Assembly: GCA_963727625.1 (NCBI GenBank)
Contig: CAVSHR010000006.1
Span: 32,001 to 96,000, forward strand
Length of the DNA: 64,000 nt
Source: an uncultured delta proteobacterium
GTDB lineage: Bacteria; Desulfobacterota; Binatia; UBA9968
Direction: 5' to 3'
Below the pieces are notes generated by a model. That model saw only the letters and a list, made by a program, of their open reading frames with translations. It was not told the DNA's origin and searched no databases. Shown one piece after another: positions 1-10,059 of this stretch. Every line of letters starts with the position of its first letter. Within the stretch, counting starts at the first letter, position 1. The translations under genes and the position numbers were made by a program.

Positions 1-508
1 AATCGATCGTGCGGAGATTTTCCGTTTGATCGCGATGAGCCTGCCCTTCGAGCAGCAAGCCGCGGCGAGCATTTTGGACTTGGGCGCGGGCTATGGCGCG
101 CTCGCGCAGTATTTGCTCAGTCACTTTCTCAATGCCACGGCGGTTTGCCAGGACGGCTCGGCGGAGATGGCCAAGCTTGGCCGCCGACGCATGAGCTCTC
201 TCAATGGCCGCTTCGAGTACATTCTCTGTGATTTTAGCAAGCCCGGTTGGAGCCGGAAGATCGATGGGCCGTTCGATGCCGTGGTTTCTTCCATCGCGAT
301 TCACAACGTCCGCTCCCCCGAGATTATCCGGTCGATCTACCAAGAAACTTTTTCACTGGTTAAACGGGGCGGCTGTTTTCTCAACTTCGACCGCATGACG
401 CCCTCCAGGACCGGGCAGATGGCGTGGCTCAAAACCGCCGGTTTTGCCAGAGTGAAATGTCTTTGGGACGGCGGCCGGCGCGCGCTTGTGGGTGGATACA
501 AGAAGTGA
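1..508 (+). CDS. Class I SAM-dependent methyltransferase (5' end probably outside the window)
   Basis: Motif I ILDLGAGYG, post-I QDGSAEM and FDAVVSSIAIHN. The frame is open back to the window edge. Confidence 0.85.
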   Translation, partial: IDRAEIFRLIAMSLPFEQQAAASILDLGAGYGALAQYLLSHFLNATAVCQDGSAEMAKLGRRRMSSLNGRFEYILCDFSKPGWSRKIDGPFDAVVSSIAIHNVRSPEIIRSIYQETFSLVKRGGCFLNFDRMTPSRTGQMAWLKTAGFARVKCLWDGGRRALVGGYKK

Positions 509-711
509 GGCGGGGATCGAGTGAACCGCCGCACCACGTCTCACCTCCGACGATTTTGCCGTCCAAAATTTTTTGGTCGCTCGCCAATGCGATATTGGCG
601 ACGGAGATGCGCAAGGCAATCTAAAACGACGCACGGGTAAAAGACCGAAGTAGAACTGCGGCCCCGATACCGAGTCAATGCGGGTTTCGCTTGCGCTAAA
701 AAAGTTGTGGC

Positions 712-921
712 CTAGTCGTCGAGCCGGAAGCCGAGCTTGATCGTCACCTGCCAGTAGTCGACTTTATTGTCGACGACATAGCCGCGCGTATCGATCACCT
801 GGAACCAGTGAATATTGTGGAGCGTCTCGCCCGCTTTGGTGATGGCGTTTTTGACGGCGTCTTCCATGGAAGTTCGAGAAGAACCGGTCAATTCGACTTG
901 CTTATAGATGTGATCGTCCAT
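712..921 (-). CDS. Dodecin (flavin-binding protein)
   Basis: 69 aa with YKQVELTGSS...AVKNAI..A.ETL....WFQV...RG...WQVTIKLGF, the dodecin pattern. GGAGG RBS upstream. Confidence 0.93.
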   Translation of the reverse strand: MDDHIYKQVELTGSSRTSMEDAVKNAITKAGETLHNIHWFQVIDTRGYVVDNKVDYWQVTIKLGFRLDD

Positions 922-1130
922 TGGAGCCTCCCTTTTTGCGTCATTTTTGGTTTCACCGTTGCGCCCTGCCGCAACAGCGATGCTCGGCTACGGGCCATTC
1001 AACCACTGAGAAACAGCCAGCTCAAGAGTGCGAGGTGAATACTTGCAGCGGGCTCGATCGATCGCCGCCGCGTCCTTCCCAGCGTCAACGGCGCGCGCAA
1101 CAGTAAGTTATTAAGCCCCGCCGCGTCTGC

Positions 1131-1199
1131 CCGCGGCCGCGTCTCGCCGAAGTCGCCCGCGTGGAACGGCTCACGCCGTATATGATCCGCGTGGTTCTT
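1131..1199 (+). pseudogene. Possible remnant of a siderophore-interacting protein (ViuB-type FAD-binding N-terminus)
   Basis: Translates as PRPRLAEVARVERLTPYMIRVVL; the resemblance ends right after. Confidence 0.4.
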
Positions 1200-1738
1200 C
1201 CGGCAAGGCACGGCGCTGCGAAGGCTTCGATGGTTCTGATCTTTAAGAGCCATCTTGCGAGACGGCTCGACGTTTCGCCCCTGCTTCGAAGAGAAGCTTA
1301 TTTTGCAGCGCCGACTGACAAACTTTGCCAATTGGATGCAGAATTTGACAGGGGAGCGCGAATTCCATACCGACTTAGGGGAAGAATTCTCCCAAACAAA
1401 GCCCTGAGCTCTCTTGGCCCATCTATTGCGTCCTCGTTCTTTCACTAATTTTAAGAGACCCTCACCGATAATGCATACTCACGGTGACGTGAGGACGCAA
1501 AGCCACAGATCAGCGGAAATGGCTGATGGCTGGACCGCCGAAGTGAGGGGTTTGATTCTGCAGCGCAGGGTCTCGACAAGAAGGAGTAATTCCCAATGGT
1601 TGAGGCCCTTTCCTATTTTCCGTTTAATTCGTTTCAATTACCGGTTTTCATTGTTCTATTCCTAAGCCTAGTAGAAGTTTCTCGTGATCTGGGACTGCCA
1701 GCTTTTGGTGCTAGGGTCGGCGAAACCAGGAGCCCCAA

Positions 1739-3142
1739 ATGACGATCGCGAGCACGTGCAATGCTATTCATGACTCCTTCGTTGCTCCCAGCCGCGCTGA
1801 GTGCTTCGGAGGTTTGGGATGGCAAGTCCAAACAGTTGGCCAACATCAAGCGAATCCGTTCGCTCTCTTGATTCTCGGTCTGGACCACTTTGAACGGATC
1901 AACGCAAGTTTCGGCTATCAAATCGGCGATTTGCTTCTAAAGGAGGTTGAATTACGCCTCCGGCAGATGCTGGGCACCCAAACTTTTCGTCGAGTTGGCG
2001 GTGCTGAATTTGTTGTGATCTTGCCTAATGGGTCGCTAACGGATGCCGCCTTCCGTGCCCACGAAATTCTCAAGGCAATTCATCGACCTTTTGAAATTGC
2101 GGAATTCAATCTCGGACTAATCGCAAGGATCGGTTTGGCGCTTTCTCAAGAACAAGAGATCAGCGCTCACACACTCCTGCACCGGGCTCGTTTAGCTTTA
2201 TCGGCAGCCAGGAATGCACGGCAAGACTTTTTCGTTTACTCACCCAAACAGGCCGATATTGAAAGCCAAAAGGCATGGCTCACGAGCGATTTGCGTCATG
2301 CTATCGACGACGATCAGCTGTTTTTAGTTTATCAACCCAAAATAGACCTCATGACCGGCCAAGTCGCCGGAGTCGAGGCGCTTGTGCGTTGGCGTCACCC
2401 CCAACTCGGGGTCATTTCGCCGGATCAGTTTATTCCGTTAGCAGAGGAAACAGGCCTGATCACGCAACTCACTCATTCGGTATTCCAAAAGGTTTTGCGG
2501 CAGTGCCGGGCCTGGAATCAAGCCGGAATGGCGACCAAAATCGCCACCAACCTCTCCATGTGGGACCTGCGGGATGAAGGATTTTCGGACCAGGTTCCTG
2601 GTCTTCTCGCAAGTTATGGCGTCTCACCTGACCAGCTTGGGCTCGAGATCACTGAAACCGCGATCATGAGCAGTTCGTCCCGTGTGGCCGAGATCCTTCA
2701 ATGCATGAAAAAAATGGGGCTGTGGATTTCAATCGATGACTTTGGAACCGGATACTCGTCCCTCGCGTATATCAAGAACTTGCCGGTTAACGAGATCAAA
2801 ATTGACAGAACTTTCGTAACCAACATGTCGGAAAATATCAACGACACGATAATCGTCCAGTCCGTTATCGACCTTGCGCACAAGCTCGGACTTAAAGTGG
2901 TTGCTGAAGGAGTCGAAAATAAAAAAACCAAGGAAATGCTCGGCAGTTTCAAGTGTGATGCGGCGCAGGGGTATTACATGAGCAAGCCGATTTCTCCAAT
3001 AGAGTTTCAGTATTGGCTGAGCAAACGTTCGCAGCAGATCCCTGCGGCCAATGCCGACAAGAGATGGATCAATAAAGTTTTGCAGTTCAATCCGTTTTAC
3101 TCATATGCTGCATCCAAAGCCGGCTTCGATGAGAGAGTCTAA
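1739..3142 (+). CDS. Degenerate GGDEF + EAL c-di-GMP phosphodiesterase
   Basis: GGAEF replaces GGDEF. EAL motifs intact (YQPK, VEALVRW, LEITE, DDFGTGYSS, KIDR, AEGVE, QGY). Confidence 0.9.
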   Translation: MTIASTCNAIHDSFVAPSRAECFGGLGWQVQTVGQHQANPFALLILGLDHFERINASFGYQIGDLLLKEVELRLRQMLGTQTFRRVGGAEFVVILPNGSLTDAAFRAHEILKAIHRPFEIAEFNLGLIARIGLALSQEQEISAHTLLHRARLALSAARNARQDFFVYSPKQADIESQKAWLTSDLRHAIDDDQLFLVYQPKIDLMTGQVAGVEALVRWRHPQLGVISPDQFIPLAEETGLITQLTHSVFQKVLRQCRAWNQAGMATKIATNLSMWDLRDEGFSDQVPGLLASYGVSPDQLGLEITETAIMSSSSRVAEILQCMKKMGLWISIDDFGTGYSSLAYIKNLPVNEIKIDRTFVTNMSENINDTIIVQSVIDLAHKLGLKVVAEGVENKKTKEMLGSFKCDAAQGYYMSKPISPIEFQYWLSKRSQQIPAANADKRWINKVLQFNPFYSYAASKAGFDERV

Positions 3143-4232
3143 GGTGTTGGCCACGCTCGATTCCTGTGACGAGATGGAAAATCGCCACTCGAAGCATGAC
3201 GAACTCGACTCTGCTGTGCCAGCTCACACTGGGAACGGGAACGAGCCGGTGCTGCAATGCCATGGGAACCTCGCGAAACTCACTCCCACGACAGATTCTT
3301 TGATGGCCTTCAAGTCGCAGCGTGAGTGCGTGATCGACCAGTCGGAGGCAGCAGATATTACGGAAGCGCAGCGTGCTCGGGAAATTCAACAGGGTGAAGC
3401 GGAAATGACCGCGCTGGAAGCGAAGCTTCAAGTGAAGGACAAGTCGGTACCTGGAAAAAATACTTCCAGAAGCGAACTGCCAGAAAGTTTTGCGGTTAAA
3501 ATCCGCGAGCTGGAGGACCTACTAAGAGTCAATGACAAGCTTCTTCAAAGTCGCGACACCGGGCTCGAAGATCTCCAGGCAAAGATCAGCGTTTCGATGA
3601 TCCAAGTAACGCGGCTGGAGTCTCTTATCCAGCATTTACGCACAGCGGCTCTCGGTGAAACGCAGCGAACCCAGGAAATCGAAGAGAAATATGCGGCGCT
3701 TGAAGCGACACTCAGGGAAAAGGAAGACAGCGCGCAAGCTTCTACGGTCACACAGCTCCGGGAGAGCTTTAATACGAAAGTTCGTATGCTTGAAAACCAG
3801 CTACAAGTGAAAGACCAGCTTTTGCAAAATCTCGCAGCCGAGTTAAAGCAAAACAAACTACCTCATAAGATCGAGGACGATGATGCGGTGAAACTCCGCG
3901 AATGCATGTCTGCAGAAGTCCAAAAACTAACCGCCGAACTAAGGGAAAAGAAAATTGCCCTGGCTTCCTACGAAAAATCTCACTGGCGCTCGATCGGACG
4001 GCGTAACTTCTGGGCAAGAATAGTTCACGGGAAACGTTTATGGAAGCCAAGTAGCTCCACTCCCTCACATCATCCTGGCACCGATGACCGAACGGGATCC
4101 ACCGCTCCATCCACACGGAATCCAGAGGAGCAAAAGAAGCCTCTGGTAAGGCCAAACATGGTGGATTCACAACGGCTCAACCCAACGCAGCTCGAAAATC
4201 CTATTAAGACCAAAAAGATCGTGAATTTTTAG
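3129..4232 (+). CDS. Hypothetical coiled-coil protein with an internal repeat
   Basis: Long ORF rich in E/K/L/Q heptads, overlapping the EAL gene stop. Start uncertain. Confidence 0.65.
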   Translation: MRESKVLATLDSCDEMENRHSKHDELDSAVPAHTGNGNEPVLQCHGNLAKLTPTTDSLMAFKSQRECVIDQSEAADITEAQRAREIQQGEAEMTALEAKLQVKDKSVPGKNTSRSELPESFAVKIRELEDLLRVNDKLLQSRDTGLEDLQAKISVSMIQVTRLESLIQHLRTAALGETQRTQEIEEKYAALEATLREKEDSAQASTVTQLRESFNTKVRMLENQLQVKDQLLQNLAAELKQNKLPHKIEDDDAVKLRECMSAEVQKLTAELREKKIALASYEKSHWRSIGRRNFWARIVHGKRLWKPSSSTPSHHPGTDDRTGSTAPSTRNPEEQKKPLVRPNMVDSQRLNPTQLENPIKTKKIVNF

Positions 4233-4421
4233 AGCCTGGCAGATCGGGGGAACCGATCGACGCTAAGCCCACTGCCTTTCCGGAGAAGGCGCAAGTTTTC
4301 CGTAGAACCGGTCCTGACCTGCCTGAGTTGCCCTAATCCGGAAGTCTTTGTCGAGCCGTGTCGGCCAAACTCTGTCGAGGGGTCAGTTATTGGGCCTCGG
4401 GAAACGATCAGAAACATCAAA

Positions 4422-4479
4422 GGTCGCGACGCGACTCTGTAGAGTGCTCTATTAGGGCGCCGGCCAAGGCGTCGCGACC
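4422..4479. repeat. Inverted repeat between convergent genes (possible terminator)
   Basis: GGTCGCGACGC ... GCGTCGCGACC, 11-bp perfect arms. Confidence 0.5.
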
Positions 4480-4534
4480 GTGCCGCGAAGTATAGAGCAG
4501 AGCATCGCGGCGATTTGCACTTGAAAAGCGATGG

Positions 4535-4888
4535 CTATTTTTTCCGCGGTTTTGCCGAGGCGGATGCCATTTCGACGCCTAATTTGTTAGCCGTCTCTCG
4601 ATCCATCGCGCCGGTGACTTTGAGCCCGTTGGTTTTTTGAAAATCCCTTAGCGCTTCCTTGGTTTTTTTACCCATCACGCCATCGACGTTGCCGGGATCT
4701 TCTCCTTTACTTTTAAGTGCCTCTTGAACCTTTTTGACCTCATCCCGACTTTGATCGTTCACGGCGCTTTTCATTGCCTTTTCCTGTTTAGGCCCGGCCT
4801 TTTGAGACTCGTCGGCAGCCCAACAAGGAACAGCTAATGTCGCAACAAATGCTGACACCAAGAGAGTTCTTCCAAATGTGGGTTTCAT
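4535..4888 (-). CDS. Secreted peptidoglycan-binding domain protein (PG_binding_1)
   Basis: Signal peptide, then VKKVQEALKSKGEDPGNVDGVMGKKTKEALRDFQKTNGLKVTG. Confidence 0.9.
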   Translation of the reverse strand: MKPTFGRTLLVSAFVATLAVPCWAADESQKAGPKQEKAMKSAVNDQSRDEVKKVQEALKSKGEDPGNVDGVMGKKTKEALRDFQKTNGLKVTGAMDRETANKLGVEMASASAKPRKK

Positions 4889-4919
4889 ACGATTCCCCCC
4901 TTCTGCCCTGGTAGATTAG

Positions 4920-4934
4920 GCAAGTGGCGTGCCA
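4920..4934 (-). promoter_or_regulatory. Sigma-54 (-24/-12) promoter of the PG-binding gene
   Basis: Minus strand reads TGGCACGccacTTGC, about 30 bp upstream of the start. Confidence 0.8.
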
Positions 4935-5268
4935 TAGAAAAACAGCCAGGCGACGCATCCTTGCGGGTCAGAACAATGCGTTCATGGGGCAATTCGCCTC
5001 GACAGTTTACCACCCTGTCACAGGACCATCAGCTATCGCCGCAATGAAGCGCGGCGCAGTCGGTTTATTATGATGCTGGGTCGTGGATTGGCGCAGTGAA
5101 CAATATCAAGTTTTTTTACATGCTGGCGCTTCGCTGAATGCACAGGATAGGCCTGGGCTTGGGAACGCTTGCGCTTCGATGATTCATTTATAATCCGGCG
5201 ATTTTAAACTCATAAGAACAACTTTCGCGGGCAATAAATTCGGTATTCCTATTGGATACGCTTCTACT

Positions 5269-5283
5269 AGGCACCGTTCTTGC
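5269..5283 (+). promoter_or_regulatory. Sigma-54 promoter of the ferritin-like gene
   Basis: AGGCACcgttcTTGC (GG-N10-GC), about 20 bp upstream of the start. Confidence 0.65.
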
Positions 5284-5302
5284 GTTTTTCTAAATATCAG
5301 AG

Positions 5303-6127
5303 GTGGCCATCATGAGGTCGTTTCCACATTGGAAGCTGAGCGATATAGCGTATGAGGACATTCGTCCCCGGCCATGGCTCAATGCGGAATCGCGCTTGTT
5401 ATATCTTTTGGCATCGGCGTCGTTCGTGGAAATCACTTCGGATCTCTATGCATCGGCGCTCGTCGATTTTTTTCGAGCGGACAGGGAAGTGACGGATTGG
5501 TTGAATAAACATTGGCTTCCCGAGGAACTCCAGCACGGCGTCGCTCTCAAACGCTACGTTAATACCGTGTGGCCGGAGTTCGACTGGGAATTCACGTATC
5601 AAAGTTTTTATCGAGAGTACTCGCAACGCTGTCAAGTCAAGGTACTCGGACCAACCTGGGCGTTGGAAATGGCGTCTCGCTGCGTGGTTGAGACGGGAAC
5701 GGCGAGCTTGTACACGATGCTGCAACGCCTGGTCAGCGACCCGGTATTACGCCGGCTCACCTGGCACATTAGAAATGATGAGATAGGGCACTACAAACAC
5801 TTCTACAGCTACTTTTGCCGCTTCCGGGAGCAAAAACCGACCGGACGTTACGCTTTGGCGCGAGCGTTATGGAGCCGCATCTCTGAAATCGATCAAGAAG
5901 ACGGCTACTACGCATACAAGCACGTGTTTACGGCCTGTCACCCCGAGCGGGTTTTCAATGACGATGATTACAGAAGGTTCTGCGACCATTATAAATCGCT
6001 TGCCCGGCAATATTATCCTTACACCATGGCGGCCAAAATGCTTCTCAAGCCGTTGGGACTCCCGCCAATGGCGAGCCAGCTAGCTGTTCCAATTATATCG
6101 GCGGGTGCAAAGCGCCTATGCGCATGA
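5303..6127 (+). CDS. Ferritin-like di-iron protein (acyl-ACP desaturase-like fold)
   Basis: Di-iron ligand pattern FVE...EELQHG...VVE...DEIGHY (two ExxH motifs). Confidence 0.85.
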   Translation: MAIMRSFPHWKLSDIAYEDIRPRPWLNAESRLLYLLASASFVEITSDLYASALVDFFRADREVTDWLNKHWLPEELQHGVALKRYVNTVWPEFDWEFTYQSFYREYSQRCQVKVLGPTWALEMASRCVVETGTASLYTMLQRLVSDPVLRRLTWHIRNDEIGHYKHFYSYFCRFREQKPTGRYALARALWSRISEIDQEDGYYAYKHVFTACHPERVFNDDDYRRFCDHYKSLARQYYPYTMAAKMLLKPLGLPPMASQLAVPIISAGAKRLCA

Positions 6128-6384
6128 TGATCACAAACGCGCAGAGTGCCTGACTTGTTTAAATTGCCTAATTCCAAAATTTGAATCGAGTACGTCGCAC
6201 GGTTGGTCGCTGGTCATCACCGGGAAAAACCCCTGGGTATGAGCGTAAGCTAGATTTATTTCTTCAGATTCGAATGCTCGTTCATGGACGCTAGGGAGTC
6301 GCTCGTGCCGCGCCCACCACCGAGGATTTTATTTTGTGGGGCCTGACGTTTACGACTTGACTATCTTTGGACAATGCGGCTTCG

Positions 6385-6693
6385 CTAACTCGCCTTGCTC
6401 ATCACCTCGGCCAAAATCTCGTTGACGAGCGACTGGTACGGCAATCCCTTGGTCTCCGCGGTTTTACGCAACCATTGATACGGGATGCGAGATTTTGAAT
6501 GTGCTTGGGTAATCGGCGATAGGCCGTCTCCAAGTCGGATCTGACGTAAACTGAGGTGATCGGCCGGGCCATGCCGTTACCGAGTTAATGCAGTTAAAGA
6601 GGAGACTATCTTTGTCTTTCCCTGACGGTAAGCAGCGCCACCCCGTAATTTTTTTTAGTGCGTCGCTGATTTCCGCAAGGCGAGGGTGAGCAT
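6385..6693 (-). pseudogene. Decayed type II toxin-antitoxin remnants
   Basis: Three fragments: antitoxin-like tail AYRQGKTKIVSSLTAL* (stop 6577); RelE-like start MARPITSVYVRSDLETAYRRLPKHIQNLA (6572); BrnA/CopG-like tail WLRKTAETKGLPYQSLVNEILAEVM* (stop 6385) in another frame. Confidence 0.55.
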
Positions 6694-6775
6694 ATGAAAC
6701 TAAGAAAACTTTATCCGGTCAAGGTACGACGTGAACCAGGGCGAAGGTTCCGGTTAAGAGGCCAACGATCGGGCG

Positions 6776-7819
6776 CTACAAAATCCGATTGAACCACAGG
6801 AGCGAAAGCAACGCGGCGACCAGGGCGAAGAGCGCGGCGGCGCCGGCGAAGAGGGAACTGATTTCCATGTCCTTCTTTTCGAGCAGGAACTTGCTGTTGA
6901 GTGAGTCGTAGATCTTCTTTAAATCGTCGGCGCTGCCGGCGTAGAAATATTGGCCGCGGGTGATGTCGGCAATCGCTTTGAGCGTGTCTTCGTCGAGTCG
7001 CACGCGCATGGACCAGCCTTGGAAGCCGATGCTCTCGCCGCTTTTCGTGCCGAAGCCGACGGTGAAGATGCGCACGCCGCGGTCGGCGGCCAGGCGCGCC
7101 GCATCGAGGGAGTCGGGCCCGGTGGTTCGCTGGCCGTCGGTGAGCAATATGATCGCCGCGGATGTGTAGGAGCCGGGCGGGACCGGCTTGAACGGCGGCT
7201 TTTCAGTTTTATCAGCCTGATCAATCGGGACTCCGCGCGGGCCGTTGCGGCCGTAGATGAACGAGCTCACTTCGATGCCGGCATCGGGGAAGATCGTTGC
7301 GAGCGCGACGATGATGCCGCTGCCGATGGCAGTGCCGCGTTGCAGTTGGAAGCGATCGATCGCACCAACGATGTCGTCGCGATTTTGTGTCGGCACCTGC
7401 ACGACCGCCGCGGTTCCGGCAAACGACACCACGCCGATGCGCACGTTGGAGGGCTGCTCGGCGACGAACGCCTTGGCGGCTGCCTGGGAGGCGACAAGCC
7501 GATTGGGCTGGACGTCGGTGGCGCGCATGCTGCCGGAGACATCCATGGCGAGGATGATGGTTTGATGTTGGGACGGTAAGGTGACCACGGCGGTGGGGCG
7601 GGCGACAGCGACGAGCATGGCGACGAGCGCGGTCAGAAATAGAACCGGCGGAATATGGCGGCGAAACCTCTGGCCCGCGGCCAGCGCTTCTTTCACCATG
7701 CTCAAATTGGCGTACTTGAGCGCGGCCTGCTGCTTGCGGCGCAAGAGATAAAAATATCCCGCCACCAGCGCGGGGACAAGCAGGAGCAGCCAGAGCATCT
7801 CAGGCCAAAGAAATTTCAT
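6776..7819 (-). CDS. vWA domain membrane protein (BatA-like)
   Basis: N-terminal BatA-like TM segments, MIDAS DVSGSM, GTAIG, LLTDG and a C-terminal TM helix. Confidence 0.92.
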   Translation of the reverse strand: MKFLWPEMLWLLLLVPALVAGYFYLLRRKQQAALKYANLSMVKEALAAGQRFRRHIPPVLFLTALVAMLVAVARPTAVVTLPSQHQTIILAMDVSGSMRATDVQPNRLVASQAAAKAFVAEQPSNVRIGVVSFAGTAAVVQVPTQNRDDIVGAIDRFQLQRGTAIGSGIIVALATIFPDAGIEVSSFIYGRNGPRGVPIDQADKTEKPPFKPVPPGSYTSAAIILLTDGQRTTGPDSLDAARLAADRGVRIFTVGFGTKSGESIGFQGWSMRVRLDEDTLKAIADITRGQYFYAGSADDLKKIYDSLNSKFLLEKKDMEISSLFAGAAALFALVAALLSLLWFNRIL

Positions 7820-8765
7820 GGCTCCCTCTTAAATGCTGCGGCAGGCCGGCGCCCGCGGCCAACTGGCTGCGCCGCTTGCGCAGGTCGGCGAAGCGCAGAA
7901 TCGCATTCACCAAATCGTCGTTGGTCGATAACTCCAGCGCGTCCACGCCGGCCTGGGCAAAGGCCGAGCGCAGCTCCTTCTCTCGCTCCTCGGCCAGAGC
8001 GGCGAAGCGCTTGCGGAAGTTACGGTCATGGGTGTCGACGAACAACTGCTCGCCGGTCTCGGCGTCGCGCATCGTGATCAGTCCGAGATCGGGCAACTCC
8101 ATTTCCAATGGATCGTAGAGCCGCACGGCGATGATCTCGTGGCGGCGCGCGAGATACGCCAGCGGCTTGGCCCAGCCGGGCGCGCTGATGAAATCGGAGA
8201 CGACGAAAACGAGCGAGCGCCGTTGCATGACCCGGAGGGCGGTTTGGAGAAAATCTCTCAGGTTGGTCTCTGCCGAGCGCGCGGGCTCGGGGCGCGAGAG
8301 TATTCTGTGCAGAATATGCAGGACGTGGCGCCGGCCGCTCCGCGCCGGAATCATCGTGTCGACGCTGTCGCCGTAGAACAGCGCGCCGACGCGATTGCCG
8401 TGACGAGTCAGGAGCCGCGCCAACAGGGTGACGAATTCCGTCGAGACCGAACGCTTTTCGACTTGCGATCCGAACTCCACCGAAGGGCTCAAGTCGAGCA
8501 GGAACCACGCCGTCACTTCGCGGTCTTCGTTGTAGACGCGGATATAGGGCGTCTGCAGCCGCGCGGTGACGTTCCAATCGATGTAGCGGACATCGTCGTG
8601 ATATTGGTACTCGCGCAGGTCCGCGAGATCGAGCCCGAAACCGCGAAATAAAGTCCGGTAGTCGCCGTGCAGCAGGCCGTCCAGGCGCCGTATCACGGTC
8701 CACTCCAGGCGGCGCAGGATGCTTTCGGCGCCGGAGGCAGGAACGGGTTGTTGGACGGGACTCAT
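7800..8765 (-). CDS. DUF58 domain protein
   Basis: G.DLADLREYQYHDDVRYIDWNVTAR and VVSDF motifs; lies in a MoxR operon. Confidence 0.92.
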   Translation of the reverse strand: MSPVQQPVPASGAESILRRLEWTVIRRLDGLLHGDYRTLFRGFGLDLADLREYQYHDDVRYIDWNVTARLQTPYIRVYNEDREVTAWFLLDLSPSVEFGSQVEKRSVSTEFVTLLARLLTRHGNRVGALFYGDSVDTMIPARSGRRHVLHILHRILSRPEPARSAETNLRDFLQTALRVMQRRSLVFVVSDFISAPGWAKPLAYLARRHEIIAVRLYDPLEMELPDLGLITMRDAETGEQLFVDTHDRNFRKRFAALAEEREKELRSAFAQAGVDALELSTNDDLVNAILRFADLRKRRSQLAAGAGLPQHLRGSHEISLA

Positions 8766-8819
8766 AGATCGCTTGCTCTGAGCATGACGAAATCGTTCAA
8801 GCCGTCGTTTCGCTCGATT

Positions 8820-8899
8820 TCGTGTTCGTGGCGCGTGTTCGTGCTCGGGACGAATTCACAATCACGATTCACACGGTAGGGGCGCCCGGTCGGCCCTAC
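8820..8899. repeat. Intergenic CGTGTT/CACGA repeat plus GTAG-type REP-like palindrome
   Basis: cgtgttcgtg-gcg-cgtgttcgtgctcg...cacgattcacacg followed by GTAGGGGCGcccggtcggCCCTAC. Confidence 0.6.
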
Positions 8900-9957
8900 G
8901 AACTTGCCGCGACTTTGACATGGGTCTCCAACGGTTTATCGGGCGCCGGGATACGCTGCATGATCCGGCCGATCAAATGATCGGGCGTGATGCCTTCGGC
9001 GAGGGCTTCATAGGTGAGCACCAGCCGGTGACGAAAGACATCCGGCACTAAATCTATTACATCCTCGGGCAAGACATAAGTTCGTCCGCGCAGGAACGCC
9101 AACGCGCGCGCGCCTTCGATGAGATTGATCGAGGCGCGCGGGCTGGCGCCAAAGGACAGGTATTTCGCCACATCGGCGACACCGAAGCGCTCCGGATCGC
9201 GGGTCGCGGTGGCAAGCCGCACGGCATATTGCTTGAGCGCCGGATCGACGTAGCCGTTCCGGCACTCTAGCTGGAGCGATTTCAACTGCTCGGTGCTGGC
9301 CATGGGCACGACGTCGTTCGGCGCTCCCGTGACGCGGTCGACGATGACGAACTCCTCTTCTTCGGTCGGATAGCCGACCAGCACTTTCATCATGAAGCGG
9401 TCCACTTGGGCCTCTGGCAACGGGTAGGTCCCTTCGGTCTCGATCGGGTTCTGCGTCGCCATGACTAAAAACGGCTCGGGCACATGGTGGCTCTCGCCGG
9501 CGATGGTTACCTGGCGCTCCTGCATCACCTCGAGCAGCGCGCTTTGCACTTTCGCCGGCGCGCGGTTGATCTCGTCGGCGAGCAGCAGATTGGTGAAAAC
9601 CGGTCCCAATGAAGTGGCGAAGTCGCCGGTCTTCTGATTGTAGATGCGCGTGCCCACCAGATCCGCCGGCACCAAATCCGGCGTGAATTGAATACGCTTG
9701 AACGAGCCGGTAATCGTCCGCGCCAGCGTCTTGACCGTAAGCGTCTTGGCAAGCCCCGGAACGCCCTCGACCAGCAGGTGTCCCTGCGCCAGCACGGCCA
9801 CGAGCACGCGCTCGAGAAAATGATCCTGGCCGACGATGACTTTCTTCACCTCGTAGAGAATGCGCTCCATGAGGGAAGCGACTTCACTGGGGTTGGTGTC
9901 TCTGTCCATATCTCGCTCTATTCTATCATTAGACTGCCGAGAGATCTCTTTCGGCAT
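8896..9957 (-). CDS. moxR: MoxR family AAA+ ATPase
   Basis: Walker [18 protein letters not shown], Walker [17 protein letters not shown]. Alternative start at 9909. Confidence 0.93.
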   Translation of the reverse strand: MPKEISRQSNDRIERDMDRDTNPSEVASLMERILYEVKKVIVGQDHFLERVLVAVLAQGHLLVEGVPGLAKTLTVKTLARTITGSFKRIQFTPDLVPADLVGTRIYNQKTGDFATSLGPVFTNLLLADEINRAPAKVQSALLEVMQERQVTIAGESHHVPEPFLVMATQNPIETEGTYPLPEAQVDRFMMKVLVGYPTEEEEFVIVDRVTGAPNDVVPMASTEQLKSLQLECRNGYVDPALKQYAVRLATATRDPERFGVADVAKYLSFGASPRASINLIEGARALAFLRGRTYVLPEDVIDLVPDVFRHRLVLTYEALAEGITPDHLIGRIMQRIPAPDKPLETHVKVAASS

Positions 9958-10059
9958 TGTTCAACCAAGCTCGGGACGAGCGGAAGGGTCCTGCAAATGG
10001 TCTGGACCTCTCCGTTCATGCCGAGCACGTTGAAGCAGGCTCCGTTGCCGCGGCTCCTG

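Noticed and set aside
999-1665. ORFs 999-1445, 1161-1448 and 1414-1665 as real genes
   Set aside because: No clear RBS or domain apart from the short SIP-like fragment.
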